Part shown: in pieces, positions 14,882 to 28,090 of the stretch
How positions within the stretch are numbered: position 1 is the stretch's first letter
How the letters are laid out: every line of letters starts with the position of its first letter
DNA from: Malacoraja senta
Lineage: Eukaryota
Direction: 5' to 3'
DNA: 64,000 bases
Assembly (NCBI GenBank): GCA_038087875.1
Contig: CM075993.1
Location: 3,598,001 to 3,662,000 of the forward strand
Notes under the pieces: model-generated
The model's input: only the letters and a program-made list of their open reading frames with translations
What the model was told of the DNA's origin: nothing
The model's database searches: none
Program-made: the position numbers and the translations under genes

Positions 14882-15134
14882 GTATGAAGGAACTGCAGAT
14901 GCTGGTTTAAACCAAAGATAGACACAAAAAGCTGAAGTAACTCAGCGGGACAGGCAGCATCTCTGGAGAGAATGAATGCAAGACGTTTCGGCTTGGGTCG
15001 TCTGAGGAAGGGGTCTCGACCCGAAACGTCACCCATTCCTTCTCTCCAGAGATGCTGCCTGTCCCGCTGAGTTACTCCAGCTTTTTGTGTCTATCTTTGG
15101 TTTAAACCAGCATCTGCAGTTCCTTCATACAATT
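14882..15134. mobile_element. Palindromic non-autonomous Penelope terminal-repeat derivative nested in an HE1-like SINE
   Basis: Arms of about 110 bp in near-perfect inverted orientation; 16-bp TSD tatgggtttgtaagtt at 14866-14881 and 15135-15150. Confidence 0.85.
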
Positions 15135-17168
15135 TATGGGTTTGTAAGTTAGTAGGCTTCTGTGAAATGTCCCTGGTGTGTAGGATCGAACTAGTATACG
15201 GGGGGCTCGCTGGTCGGTGCACACCAAGTGGGCCAAAGGGCCAGTATCACGTTGCATCTCTAAAAATGCCCGCTGAAGAAACTCAGCGGGTGGAGCAGCA
15301 TCTGTGGAGATAAAGAAATTGGCAAGGTTCCAGATCAGGACCTTGGATCAGCTCTTTGCCTCCACAGATGCTGCCCGACCCACTGAGTTCCACCAAGTTC
15401 TTGTTTTTCGCTCCAAGTATAAAAAGCCAGAAAAGACAAAATGGCGCAGAATCTGGGAACACTGGACACACTGGCTGGGTGAGGCAGCATCTGTGACCAC
15501 AGCAAGCTCTGTGACCTGAAAGAAAACCCCAGAAGATTTCCAATGTTTGTTCTCGGAATCTAAATGCAAATGAATCCAAATTCGCAGATCGCATTTGCAA
15601 ATCGTCTGAGATTTTAAATCTGAAATTTTGCTTGTTTAAAATGTTAAGCCCCTTCCCCATTTACAGCCGTAGCTGGCGGGGTCTCTTCCCACTTTCAACG
15701 GCCGTTGTTACAGCAGGGACTTGATCAGCAAGGCAAAGCCATCTGTGGCCTCGCTCACCAGAGGATGGTGTTGGAATAAAGCCAAGAGTCACTGCTTGTG
15801 TCCAATCTGGCTGCCATGACCAATGTACTAGGCAATGCAGAGCAGTCAGCTTTATCACGGGGGTATCCCAATCTTGGGCAGCTTACAACCCAGTGGTATG
15901 AACATTGATTTCCCCAACTTCAAGTAACCCTTGCTTCCCCTTTTTATGTGGAGATGTTGACTCTTGTTCAGCTTGTGACCACACCAGGGTATGTTCTCAG
16001 AGCAACCTCCAAATAACTCTTGTTTGCTGGGCAGGTGATATTTTTTTTAGTTTAGATTGGAGATACAGCGCAGAAACAGGCCCTTCGGCCCATCGGGTCC
16101 TTGCCGACTAGCGATCCCCGCACATTGACACTATCCTACACCCACTAGGGACAATTTTTTAAAAACATTTACCACGCCAATAAACCTACAAACCTGTACG
16201 TCTTTGGAGTGTGGGAGGAAACCGAAGAACTCGGAGAAAACCCGCGTCAGGTCACGGGGAGAACGTACAAACTCTGTACAGACAGCACCCGTAGTTGGGA
16301 TCGAACCCGGGTCTCCGGCGCTGCGTTCGCTGTAAGGCAGCAACTCTACCGCTGCGCCACCGTGACCGCCCCTGCGATGTTGCAGAATCTCATCAAGTCA
16401 GAGAGTGATACAGCATGGAAATAGGCCCTTTGGCCCAACTTGCCCACACCGACCAACATGTCCCATCTACACTCGTCCCACCTGCCTGCATTTGGCCCAT
16501 ATCCCTCTAAACCTGTCCGATACGTGTCCCCGTCTAAATGTTTCTTAAACGTTGAGGCGATATTCCTTGCCTCAACTGCTTCCTCTGGCAGCTCGTTCCA
16601 TACATCTACCGACCTTTGCGTGAAAAGGTTACCCCTCGGGTTCCTATTAAATCACCCCACCTCCTAATTTTGCCAAAAAATGTTCCAGACACACAGACAC
16701 AAAAAGCTGGAGTAACTCGGCGGGTTAGTCAGCATCTCTGGAGAGAAGGAATGGGTGACGTTTCTATCTCTCGTTTTCCTTTCCCCCGACTCTCAGTCTG
16801 ACGAAGGGCCTCAAACCGAAACATCACCTCTCTCACACCTTCTGGTTTTATCTCTGGCCTTTGTTCCAACCATCAAAAAAAAAAACTCGCCCGTGTCCAC
16901 CTGTCACCTTTGCCTCTCCTCTCTTCCAACTTTCCTTCCACCCCCCCCCCCCACCGCCCAACCCACACTCCCACAATCAGTCTGAAGGACAGACCCAAAC
17001 CCAAAATATTACCTGTCCATGTACCCACTGAATTACTCCACCACTTTTGTTTGCCCTTCATTTTATCTTGACGACATCCCACACAATGCTCCACTACCCC
17101 TTCACTGAACCATCGTGTGGGGTCCGCTTGCCCCTTGTATCTTAATCCTCTTATGGTCTATTTCCCAG

Positions 17169-17313
17169 GATGAACATAGACAACATTGCATCAAAAATGA
17201 AGCTGAGTCAACAGTCTTTAACCACCATGGTTTCAGTGATGGACCACTTTGGGGAGATTAAGGAGCATGTCCACGTTGTCAAGAAGGACGTCGACAGTCT
17301 TCTGAATGCCAAG
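17169..17313 (+). CDS. LMAN1L: Internal exon of LMAN1/ERGIC-53 family lectin (probably LMAN1L), coiled-coil stalk
   Basis: Acceptor tttcccag|G and donor AAG|gtatga. Translates (x)MNIDNIASKMKLSQQSLTTMVSVMDHFGEIKEHVHVVKKDVDSLLNAK, resembling the LMAN1 stalk motif HFIDIKEHLHIVKRDIDNL. The paralog call rests on adjacency to CPLX3. Not in the ORF track. Confidence 0.8.
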
Positions 17314-17972
17314 GTATGATGTGAACGTTTCCGAATTTTGCTTTAATTATGAATTTGTTCTTGCACTGTATATCGTTGAGCCACAGAGCATGTTACAGCC
17401 CAGAGCCTTGGGTGTGGGCAGCATCTTTCCATTAGTGGGAGAGTCTCGAACTAGAGGTCATGGCCTCACAATTGAAGGACGTTCTTTTAGCAAGGAGATG
17501 AGGAGAAATGTCTTGAGTCAGAGGGTGGTGAATCTGTGGAATCCTTTGCCACAGTAGGCTGTGTTGGCCAAGTCAGTGGATATTTTTAAGGCAGAGATAG
17601 ATAGATTCCTGATTAGTACGGGTGTCAGATGTTATGGAGAGAAGGCAGGAGAATGGGGTTTGGAGGGAGAGATAGATCAGCCATGATTGAATGGCAGAGT
17701 AAACTTGATGTGTCGAATGGCCTAATGCTACTCCTGTTCCTTATGACCTTATGACCAGTAACAGTGCCTTGGACCCGCCAAGTCCACACCTACTAACGAG
17801 CACCCATTATCCCCTGTTATCCTCCTTGTATTCCCTACAATTCCCCCAGATTCAACCAGTGACTTACACAAGTGGTCAATTAAGCTGCCAACACCCACAT
17901 CTTTGGGGTGTAGGCAGAAGGCAGAGCACCCAGAGGAAGCCCTCCCGACCAGGGAGCGAACATTTAAAGTTA

Positions 17973-18444
17973 AGGGCCTGTCCCACTTTGAGATTTTTTG
18001 GGCGACTGCGAACGCCAGTGACTGACGCCCTAAACACCGTCAGGTTGTACGACACTCCGCGCCACCGTCACGTCAAGCTACGACACTCCGCGTCACCCGC
18101 CTTCACAACACAAGAAGGTGACACCGAAGTGTAACAATCACATTGGAAATGAACCTATCTACAATAAATCTAAGGACCAATAACTTTTTAATGGATAAGT
18201 CAGCGCTTTATATACCCGCGTCACCGGGCGTCAGCCGCAGGACAGCGTACGTCAGCGTGTGACATGGGCGCACGACATGATGAGACACCCAGATGTCGCC
18301 TGGAGATTTTGAACATCCCAAAATCCAGGGTCGGCAGGGAGACACTACATGCGTCAAACCAGGTCACGCCCCGACCACGCCACGCCCCGACCACGCCTCC
18401 TTTCAGGCTGTCGCCAAAAATGTCGCCCAAGTGGGACAGGCCCT
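17973..18444. mobile_element. MITE with TIR agggcctgtcccactt (PIF/Harbinger-like)
   Basis: Perfect 16-bp TIRs; same TIR as 59900-60608. Confidence 0.75.
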
Positions 18445-19157
18445 TCCGGCTTACCACTGGATTTGTCAGGCTGGAGTTGAAGTATTTAAACGCAATATTC
18501 CAACTGCAATTGACCTTTACTAGTTGGACCTTTTTAATTTAAAAAGCAGAATCTTGGAGAAGATTTGACCAAACTACAAAAGTTAAAGCTATTTATGTCA
18601 GAATGAAACACAAAGTACTGCAGGAACCCAGCGGGTCAGGCAGCATCTGTGGAGGGAATGGACAGACAACATTTCGGATCGGGACCCTTCAGATTAATTC
18701 GAAAGGTAATGTTTCAGGTTGGGACACTTCTTCCACAGATGTTCGTGTAAATTGGGCCGACATTTTCAACTTCAGAAAAATTCTCCGTTTCAAGGGTGTG
18801 CTTCGAATAGACTCTGTGGGGCCTTTCAAGTGTTCACGCCACGTCACGCTCATTAATCATTTCTCTCGTCATTGTAGCAAGGCTTTCTTTTAAAAATAGC
18901 TGCTGCTTTGAACAGGATATAACTTTACACGCAAATGTTAAAGGTGAGGACTTGCTAGGTGGTAGTAGAACGTTGGAGATGTGAAAGAAATCTGGCTGGG
19001 CCAGTTATGTGAAGTTGTTGATTTTGCAGCACAAGAGATTTGCCCTTTAGACTGAGAACGCTCAAAGGACTAAACCTGTATCAGCGCCTAGTCATTCTAG
19101 ATCGTGATTTTAAATGATCAACAGTCTGTCAAGTATTGACAGTCTGTGTGCTTTGGG

Positions 19158-19480
19158 TGGTCACGGTGGCGCAGCGGTAGAGTCGCTGCCTTGCAGCACT
19201 TACAACGCCGGAGACCCGGGTTCGATCCCGACTACGGGTGCTGTCTGTACGGAGTTTGTACGTTCTCCCCGTGACCTGCGTGGGTTTCCTCCGAGATCTT
19301 CGGTTTCCTCCCACACTCCAAAGACGTGCAGGTTTGTAGGTTGATTGGCTTGGTATAAAATGTAAATTGTCCCTAGTGTGTGTGTAGGATAGTGTTAATG
19401 TGCGGGGATCGCAGGTCGGTGCGGACTCAGTGGGCCGAAGGGCCTGTTTCCACGCTGTATGTCGAAACTGAACTAAACCA
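19158..19480 (+). mobile_element. tRNA-derived V-SINE (HE1-like), representative full copy
   Basis: Pol III A box (tggcgcagcgg) and B box (ggttcgatccc), V-domain-like gggtttcctccg...ggtttcctcccacactccaaagac, and an (aaact)n tail. About 20 further copies, e.g. 985-1295, 7033-7330, 23145-23445, 26284-26605 (+) and 2920-3220, 16048-16370, 19523-19840, 20382-20700, 28995-29295, 31563-31882, 58838-59103 (-). Confidence 0.85.
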
Positions 19481-21340
19481 AACTTAATGTGCTGTCAAGG
19501 ATCTTAGAATAGGCTTATTTTGTTTAGTTTTGTTTAGAGGTACAGTGCAGAAACAGGCCCATGGTAAACAGGCTCACCGAATCTGCGCCGACCAGCGATC
19601 CACTTATCCTACGCACTATCCTACACACTAGGGACAAATCACAAATTTTCCCAAAGCCAATTAACCTACAAACTTGTACATCTTTGTAGTGTGGGAGGAA
19701 ACCAGTGCACCCGCAGAAAACCCACGCAAACACGGGAAGAACGTACAAACTCCGTACAGAGAGCACCCGTAGTCGGGATCGAACCCGGGTCCCTGGCGCT
19801 GTAAGGCAGCAACGCTACTGTTGCCTCACCGTGCCGCCCTGTGCTATATCCCTTGTGCCAGGTCTTTGCTAAAGTTGCAGGAAGGAACTGCAGATGCTGG
19901 TTTACAACCGAAGATAGACACAAAATGCTGGAGTAACTCAGCGGGACAGGCAGCATCTCTGGAGAGAAGGAATAGGTGACGTTTCGGGTCGAGACCCTTC
20001 CCTCTGTCTGAAGAAGGAAGATATGCTTTAAATACTCTGCATGGAACGGTCTCATCCTTTTTCCAACCTTTTTCTTTGCGTTAAGTAATTTATATGTGCA
20101 TTTGTACAATGCAGCAAGCAGCAGTTAGGGTTAAAGGTCATCGGACGTTGTACTTGTCCTGTTGCATTAAATGCCTCCAAGAAAACAAATGGCATTTCCC
20201 CAGGGAGGCACAGAGAGAGAGGGAGAGATATGCAGATATCTCTTTTGATAGATATTCACTTTGCCAGGCAGTTTCCCAGAGGTGTATTTTAAAAAGCCTT
20301 CCAGTCTCAAGAGGAACAAGGGGGACTTGTGACCTTGGTGCTGCCTTCAGCATTGCTGCTGTTCATCTCAGTGGCGGGGTCTAGTTTAGATTAGTTTAGA
20401 GATACAGCGCAGAAACAGGCCCTTCGGCCCACCGGGTCCGCGCCGACCAGCGATCCCCACACATTAACACCATCCTACACGCACTAGGGACAATTTTTAC
20501 ATTTACACCAAGCCAATTAACCTACAAACCTGCACGTCTTTGGAGAGTGGGGGGAAACCGAAGATCTTGGAGAAAACCCACGCAGGTCACGGGGAGAACG
20601 TACAAACTCCGTACAGACAGCACCTGTAGTCGGGATCGAACCCGGGTCCCTGGCGCTGTAAGTGCTGCAAGACAGCGACTCTACCGCTGCACCACCCTGA
20701 CCGACCCAATGACAATGTTGACTGTTGCACAGGATCACCGTGGTTTGAGATGCAATGAGCTTTCCTTCCCCAACCCCCCCCCCCTTCCCTACCCCCCCCC
20801 CTGTACATTATTCACCATTTTGTGGATACTGTGTATAAAACTCCCTCCAACAAGTTGTCACAACAAATTTTGTGTGTTCCCACGAAAACTGTCCTTGCGT
20901 TCTCCAACCTGAAGCCTTGGATGAACCAGGGGATCTGCATTCTCCTGAGGACCAGATCCCAGACATTCAAGTCTGGCGACGCTGTGGTATATAAGACGCC
21001 CAGACACGAAGATAGACACAACATGCTAGGTGCAGACTCGAAGGGCATAACGGCCTCCTCCTGCACCTATTTTCTATGTTTCTAACTCAGTTGGACAGGC
21101 AGCATCTCTGGAGAGAAGGAAAGGGTGATGTTTCGGGTCGAGGCCCTTCTACAGACCTCTCTCTGTGCTCCGTTAAAAATTATAATTACACGGACTTTTT
21201 CACTGACCTGTTCCAGGACCATTCACAAATCTGCAGGAACCGACCATTGATTGGTGTTGGGTTATAATTCCCATGTGTAGCGGGTTTGAGCCATTGATGT
21301 GATGGAACTGGATAAAGTTTGCTAATTGTTTGTTCTGCAG

Positions 21341-21456
21341 GTTCAACATCTCAGCTGCCCAAAGGCACTTCCTGTCCCATCGTGTCTGTCCATGTGGCAC
21401 TTCCTGGTGTTCATTGTCCTCCAATCAGTATTCTTTTTCTACTACCTAATACACAG
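21341..21456 (+). CDS. LMAN1L: Penultimate exon of LMAN1-family lectin: juxtamembrane Cys pair plus transmembrane helix
   Basis: Acceptor ttctgcag|GTT and donor CACAG|gtaagt; in phase with the previous exon. Translates VQHLSCPKALPVPSCLSMWHFLVFIVLQSVFFFYYLIH(R), matching LMAN1 KCPELPPFPSCLSTVHFIIFVVVQTVLFIGYIMYR. Ends in phase 2. Confidence 0.85.
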
Positions 21457-21461
21457 GTAAG

Positions 21462-21479
21462 TTGTGTGTGTCAGTGTCA

Positions 21480-21514
<35 letters not shown>

Positions 21515-21815
21515 AGTGTGTGTGTGTGTGTGTGTGTCAGTGTGATGTGTGTGAGAGTGGTGTGTGTATCTGTGTGTGTGAGGGTGGTGTGTTTGTGTCA
21601 GTATGATGTGTGTGTGTGTTAGTGTTGTGTGGGTGTGTGTGTGTCAGTGGTGTGTATGTGTGTGTGTTAGTGTTGTGTGTGTGTGTGTGTGTGTGCGAGA
21701 GTGGTGTGTGTATCTGTGTGTGTGAGGGTGGTGTGTTTGTGTCAGTATGATGTGTGTGTGTGTGTGTGTGTGTTAGTGTGTGTGTCAGTGGTGTGTATGT
21801 GTGTGTGTGTGAGAG
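21462..21815. repeat. Degenerate (GT)n microsatellite/minisatellite running into the gap
   Basis: GT-rich array with recurring gtcagtg/gagagtgg units, seen directly. Confidence 0.95.
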
Positions 21816-22015
21816 NNNNNNNNNNNNNNNNNNNNNNNNNNNNNNNNNNNNNNNNNNNNNNNNNNNNNNNNNNNNNNNNNNNNNNNNNNNNNNNNNNNNN
21901 NNNNNNNNNNNNNNNNNNNNNNNNNNNNNNNNNNNNNNNNNNNNNNNNNNNNNNNNNNNNNNNNNNNNNNNNNNNNNNNNNNNNNNNNNNNNNNNNNNNN
22001 NNNNNNNNNNNNNNN
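21816..22015. other. Assembly gap (200 N; true size unknown)
   Basis: Run of exactly 200 N. Confidence 0.99.
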
Positions 22016-25000
22016 CTGCAAGTGCAATAGAGACTCATTCTGGTACTATGGCAAGATGCTGGTTTCCTGAAACAAGACACAAAGTGCTGGAGGAACTCAG
22101 CCGGTCAGGCGGCATCTCTGGAGAACATAGATGGGCGAGGTTTTTCGAGTCTGAAGAAGGGTCCCGACCCAAAACGTCACCCGCCCATGTTATCCAGAGA
22201 CGCTGACTGACCCGCTGACTGAACACCTGTTCACGCTCCAGTCAGGTCCTCCTCAATGTGGATTCCCAGGAAGCGGAAATCCGCCACCCTTTCCACACAG
22301 TCCTCCCAATAATACGTCATTGGAGATAAGTTCGTAGGTTATGAAGTATAATAATAAACTAAACTTAACTAAAATGTAAGATTTGTTGGAGAAAAATATT
22401 TGGTAGCTCTTCATTCATATTTATCGGGTGGTAAAGTTCATAAGAAGTTCATATTTTGGTTGAGTTCAATAAGCATTTGTCTCTGTACATACACAAAGGT
22501 TGATGTATGGTCCACACATCCGTGATCTCTCTGTGTCTATGGAGTGAATGATGGCTTTGTACGTATAGCTCGTTCATAATAGAGAGAATGTCAGTATTGG
22601 GTTCAGCACCTTTGACCCCATCTCATATCAGAGACCCAAATGACCCCTACAATATCTCTTATGGATTTGTGTCTCGCTTCAGGAGAGAAACCTACTATGT
22701 GTGTTTAAGGGGAAAAAATAGAGGGGAAGTCATTTATCAAACCATTTATAGGTGCAAGCATGTTCTAGCTCACGCCCTTGTTAATCCGTAAGAGATAGAA
22801 ACATAGAAAATATTGTCTACATTGTCTGTAGATATTGTCTATCTTTGCTACAATGCACACATTCTCAGTCGCTTTCTCAATCAGTCATCCACAGAGATCC
22901 ACATTGACTGATAGAAAAAGCAAATGTAGAGGTGGCAGGTTCCTCAACATTTAGAAGGGAAAGTCTAAGTAATGTCTTCAGGAAAGCTCATTGGAACACA
23001 CATAATTTTTAGCTTGTAGAATGAAAACAAAATTACAGGTATTAAAGACCTTGATTTTTTTAACTACTGCAGGGAAAAAAACGTTGTTATTGTGAGTCTG
23101 AAACGCTCTTGCCCCTAACCCCACTTTTCACATGGACACATTAGGGTGACATGGTGGCGCAGTGGTAGAGTTGTTACAGCGCCAGAGACCCGGGTTTGAT
23201 CCCGACTACGGGTGCTGTCTGTACGGAGTTTGTACGTTCTCCCGTGACCTGCGTGGGTTTTCTCCGAGATCTCGGTTTCCTCTCACACTCCAAAGATGTG
23301 CAGGTTTGTAGGTTAATTGGCTTGGTTTAAATATGAATTATCCCTAGTGTAGGATAGTGTTAGTGTGCGGGGATTGCTGGTCGGTGCGGACTCGGTGGCC
23401 GAAGGGCCTGTTTCCGCGCCGTATCTCTAAACTAAACTAAACTGAACAATTGTATTCATGTTTCTTAAGAACACAATTATCTCATCGCAGCAGAACTACC
23501 AATACTTTCAAAAGGTTTGTCTCCTTCTGATAATTGGTCTGCTATTATAACGTTATATTATAATTTATTCTGTTTTAATAATTGAATTATTCAATTATAA
23601 TAATTAATTTATTCTAATAATTGAAAACGTATACCTCCAGATTCCGAAGTCGTTTCTTCCCAGCTGTTACCAGGCAACTGAACGGTCCTCTCACCAGCCA
23701 GTGCGTTGCTGACCTCCCATATACCTCAATGGAGACCTTTGATCTATCTTAATTGCCCTTAATATTATCGCTTTGCACTAAACCTTGTACTCTTCATCCT
23801 TTATCTTTGGACTGTGTGCGGTTTGAATGTAATCATGTGTAGTCTTTTTCCTGGAATGGATAGCACGCAAACAAACGGTTTTCACTGTACCTCGGTGCAC
23901 GTGACAATTATATATCAAACTGAACTATAAACTAAACCAAACTCAAACCAAACCACCAAACCTCACGTAGCAATCCTCGTGGATTGCCTGAAACATAATG
24001 ATATTGTGTTACATCTCATCTGATCTGTGTCAATAGACAATAGACATAAACAATAGGTGCAGGATTAGGCCATTCGGCCCTTCGAGCCATTCAATGTGAT
24101 TATGGTTGATCATCCCCCAATCAGTACCCCGTTCCTGCCTTCTCCCCATATCCCCTGCCTCCGCTATTTTTAAGAGCCCTATCTAGCTCTCCCTTGAAAG
24201 CATCCAGAGAACCTGCCTCCACCGCCCTCTGAGGCAGAGAATTCCACAGACTCACCACTCTCTGTGTGAAAAAGTGTTTCCTCGTCTCCGTTCTAAATGG
24301 CTTACCCCTTATTCTTCAACTGTGTCTTCACGATACTTCTCATACACATCCAGATTCTCACATTTGCGGTTGCAGCACCTGGACTGTGGAACAGCATCCC
24401 GCTCCTGATCAGAACTGCCCCCACCATCGACTCCTTGAAGTCACGACTCAAAACCTATTTCTACTCCCTGGCGTTTTTGAGCCCCTCTGAGGGGGCGCTG
24501 TAAACAGTTTATGTATGTATTGTTAGGTCTGCCTACCGTTGTATGTATCACATTAGTACTTGCACTGATGTTGAAACACTTTGGTCAACGAGAGTGGTTT
24601 TTAAATGTGTTCTACAAATAAATTTATTAAACACCTATGTGAGGGAGCAACTGCAAAGGCAGTTCTCGGTAAAAATAACAACTAATTTCAAGCTCCAGGG
24701 GTCACTTTTCATATTTTTGTGAGATACGTTGCCTATTTCCTTCGCTCCATAGACGCTGCGTTTCTCCAGCATTTTTGTCTACCTTCGATTTTCCACCATC
24801 TGCAGTTCCTTCTTGAACATGACTTGTTATGGAAGTCACTCTGCATATATTGCAGCCAGCTGCCATCCCAAAGATGCGTGTGTTAGTACGTTAATTGGCT
24901 ACTGCAAATTGCCCCAAGTGTGCAGGGAAGTGGATGCAAAAACGCGATGACATAGAACTAGCATGAATGGATGATTTGTGCTCAGCATAGCCTTAGTGGA

Positions 25001-25184
25001 CCGAATAGCCTGTTTCCATGCTGTATGAGTCTCTGACTTCATCTTCCTTGCACATATTACAGTGCCAAACGAGATATTTGTAGTGCAGAAACTGGTCATT
25101 TGGCCCAACGCCGCTGGTTTCTGTGTAGGCAAGAACGGCCGATGCTGGTATAACGTGCACCCCTGAATCCCCCTTTGGTTGCAG

Positions 25185-25272
25185 GATGGAGCGTGATGCC
25201 AACTTTGCTCAGAAGAAGGCGGAGCGGGCGACATTGAGGACACACCTACGAGACAAGTACCGGCTCCCGAAG
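25185..25272 (+). CDS. CPLX3: Complexin-3 coding exon 2 (SNARE-binding central helix)
   Basis: Acceptor ttgcag|G and donor AAG|gtaagc; 88 bp. Translates (K)[29 protein letters not shown], like CPLX3 [29 protein letters not shown]. Confidence 0.93.
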
Positions 25273-27893
25273 GTAAGCTCTCTCTCTCCACCTTGATTCT
25301 AATAATAGCAAAGGGACTTCTTTCAACTTTCCTGGAGTTATGAGAGAAGACTCTCATAAGAATAAGGGGTGAGCCATTTAGAACGGAGACGAGGAAACAC
25401 TTTTTTACACAGAGAGTTGTGAGTCTGGGAATTTCTCTGCCTCAGAGGGCGGTGGAGGCCGGTTCTCTGGATACTTTCAAGAGAGAGCTAGATAGGGCTC
25501 TTAAAGATAGCGGAGTCAGGGGATGTGGGGAGAAGGCAGGAACAGGGTACTGATTGGGGATGATCAGCCATGATCACATTGAATGGTGGTGCTGGCTCGA
25601 AGGGCCGAATGGCCTACTCCTGCACCTATTGTCTATTGTCTATTGACTATAAGGCAAGTGTGGGCGACACAGTGGCGCAGCGGGTAGAGTTGCTGCCTCA
25701 CTGCGCCAGAGGCCCAGGTCCGATCCTGACCTCGGCTGCCATTTGTATGGAGTTTGTACGTTCTCCCTGTGACCGCGTGGGTATCTCCAGGGGGCTCCGG
25801 GGTTCCTCCCACATCCCATAGACGTGCAGGCTTGTAGGTTAATTGGCTTCTGTAAATTGCCCCCTTGTGTATTGGGAGTTGACGGGAAATTTAAATAACA
25901 TAGAACTCGTGTAAATGTGTGATTGATGGTTGGTGTGGATGAAGGGCTTGTTTCCGAGCTGTATCTCTCTAAACTACATGCTAACAAGCACCCTTATATT
26001 CTGAAGATAGACACAAAATGATGGAGTAACTCAGCGGGACAGGCATCATCTCTGGATAGAAGGAATGGTTGACGTTTCGGTTCGAGACCCTTCTTCAGAC
26101 TGGTAGAGTCAGGGGAAAGGGAGACAGAGATATGGAAGGGTAAGGTGTGAAAACACCGATCAAAGGGGAAGAAGTTCAAGGAAACGTAGAATGTTTCATT
26201 GTTAGCTGAGGGGAAGGTGACAACAAGGCATACAATCAGTAAAATCTAATCAAGAGGACAGTGGAACTAGCCAGAGTTAATAGGTCGGCACGGTGGCGCA
26301 GCGGTAGAGTTGCTGCTTTACAGCGCCGGAGACCCAGGTTCGATCCCGACTACGGGCGCTGTCTGTACGGAGTTTGTACCTTCTCCCCGTGACCGCGTGG
26401 GTTTCTCCGAGATCTTCGGTTTCCTCCCGCACTCCAAAGACGTACAGGTTTGTAGGTTAATTGGCTTGTTGTATGTGTAAATTGTCCCTAGTGTGTGCGT
26501 GTAGGAAAGTGTTAATGTGCGGGGATCGCTGGTCTGCGCAGACTCGGTGGGCCGGAAGGGCCTGTTTCCGAGCTGTACTTCTAAACTAAACTAAACTAAA
26601 CTCAACTGAGCTAAACTAGGATGGGGGAGGGACGGAGAGAGAGGGAAAGCAAGGGTTACCTGAAGTTAGAGAAATCAAGAGTCACACCGTTGGGTTGGAA
26701 GCTGACCAAGCGGGCTGCTGTGCCTTCCTTTTTATTCTCTTTGATTCTCCTGCCTGAGGCCAGTCCAATAATGGTGTCTTTTTTCCCTGAAATTAGATTT
26801 TATTGACTTTAGCCAGTATATCCAGATCTCCACCCCTGTCTAAGTTTGACGTTTTTGGTTTGATAACTTTGACACTTTGAGGAGATCAATGATTATTTTG
26901 TCCAAACTCCAACATTGATACTCAAGACAGTTAAAGTCTGTGGTCCATCACGAGGGAATACGGGTCATTTTGCCCCCTCACCAATGTATAAGCATTCGAT
27001 GTATTTTGTGATCAAATTGCACACAATAATAGAGAAAGAAGGAACTGCAGATGCTGGTTTACTTTTTAAAAAGCCGCAAAGTACTGGAGTAACTTGGCGG
27101 GTCAAGCTGATTTCTCTGGAGAAAATGGATAGGTAACATTTCAGGTCAGGATTCTTCTTCAGGTTGAAGTCCACTGAAGAAGGGTCCCAACCCGAAACAG
27201 CACCTATACATGACCCTCGGGCTCCTCCTCGCCTTTTTCCTTTTTTCCTTTCTTCTCCCCACCCCCTATCAGCCTGAAGAAGGGTTTCGGCCCGAAACGT
27301 TGCCTATTTCCTTCGCTCCATAGATGCTGCTGCATCCGCTGAGTTTCTCCAGCATTTTTGTGTACCTTCAATTTTCCAGCATCTGCAGTTCCTTCTTTAA
27401 CACCTATACATGATCTCCAGAGATGCTGCCTGACCCGCCAAATTACTCCAGCACTTTGTGTCTTTTTTTTTTGTTACACAATAATACTTATATAAACAAA
27501 ATGCTGGAGTAGCTCAGCGGGACAGGCAGCATCTCTGGATAGAAGGAATGGGTGACGTTTCGGGTCGAGACCCTTCTTAGCATTTACTCCAGCATTTTGT
27601 GTCTATTTCCAGAATTTGCAGTTCCTTCCTTCACACTACCAAGGAAATTTGATCATATTCTGTTCACTGAATTTTTAAAGGCGATGAACTGTCTGACCTC
27701 CTGAGCATTTCCACAATTATTATCGTAAAATCATTTTACAATATTATAGCCCTAATATTGTAGGGAGTTCTTCTGTTTTGTATTTGAATAGAGAACTAAT
27801 CCAGTTATAATGGATAAACATGCTTATTGGAAAGAGAGGCAAAGGATTTCATGTGAACATGTACCACCATGTTGATATCAACTCTATTACAAT

Positions 27894-28090
27894 TAAAGAT
27901 ACAAGAGGAGCATTTTGCTTTATAGCAGAACAGCTTGCTACGCTTGTAGATGTGGACGCCATGACAGAAGCCAATTTAAACAAGCTCATATATTTGATTC
28001 CCAAAATGGCATAAAAAAATTACCTATGACGCCCATGACCAACTATATCTTTTTCGCCTAGTGGTCTATCTTGCTCCTCTAGTATCTTTG
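27894..28090. mobile_element. 197-bp MITE with 8-bp TSD (hAT or P superfamily)
   Basis: TIR aaagatac(a/t)agaggagca; attacaat duplicated at 27886-27893 and 28091-28098. Confidence 0.75.

Noticed and set aside
19158..19235. tRNA-like sequences with A and B boxes
   Set aside because: These are SINE heads continuing into the V-domain, not standalone tRNA genes.
21677..22206. ORFs spanning the N run, and CVCV/THTH/YIYI/EREG ORFs elsewhere
   Set aside because: Artefacts of the gap and of microsatellites.
22270..22312. cccag|G AAG CGG AAA...TAA (RKRKSATLSTQSSQ*) as the LMAN1L last exon
   Set aside because: Phase fits, but the polypyrimidine tract is weak and there is no similarity to the LMAN1 tail; not supportable.
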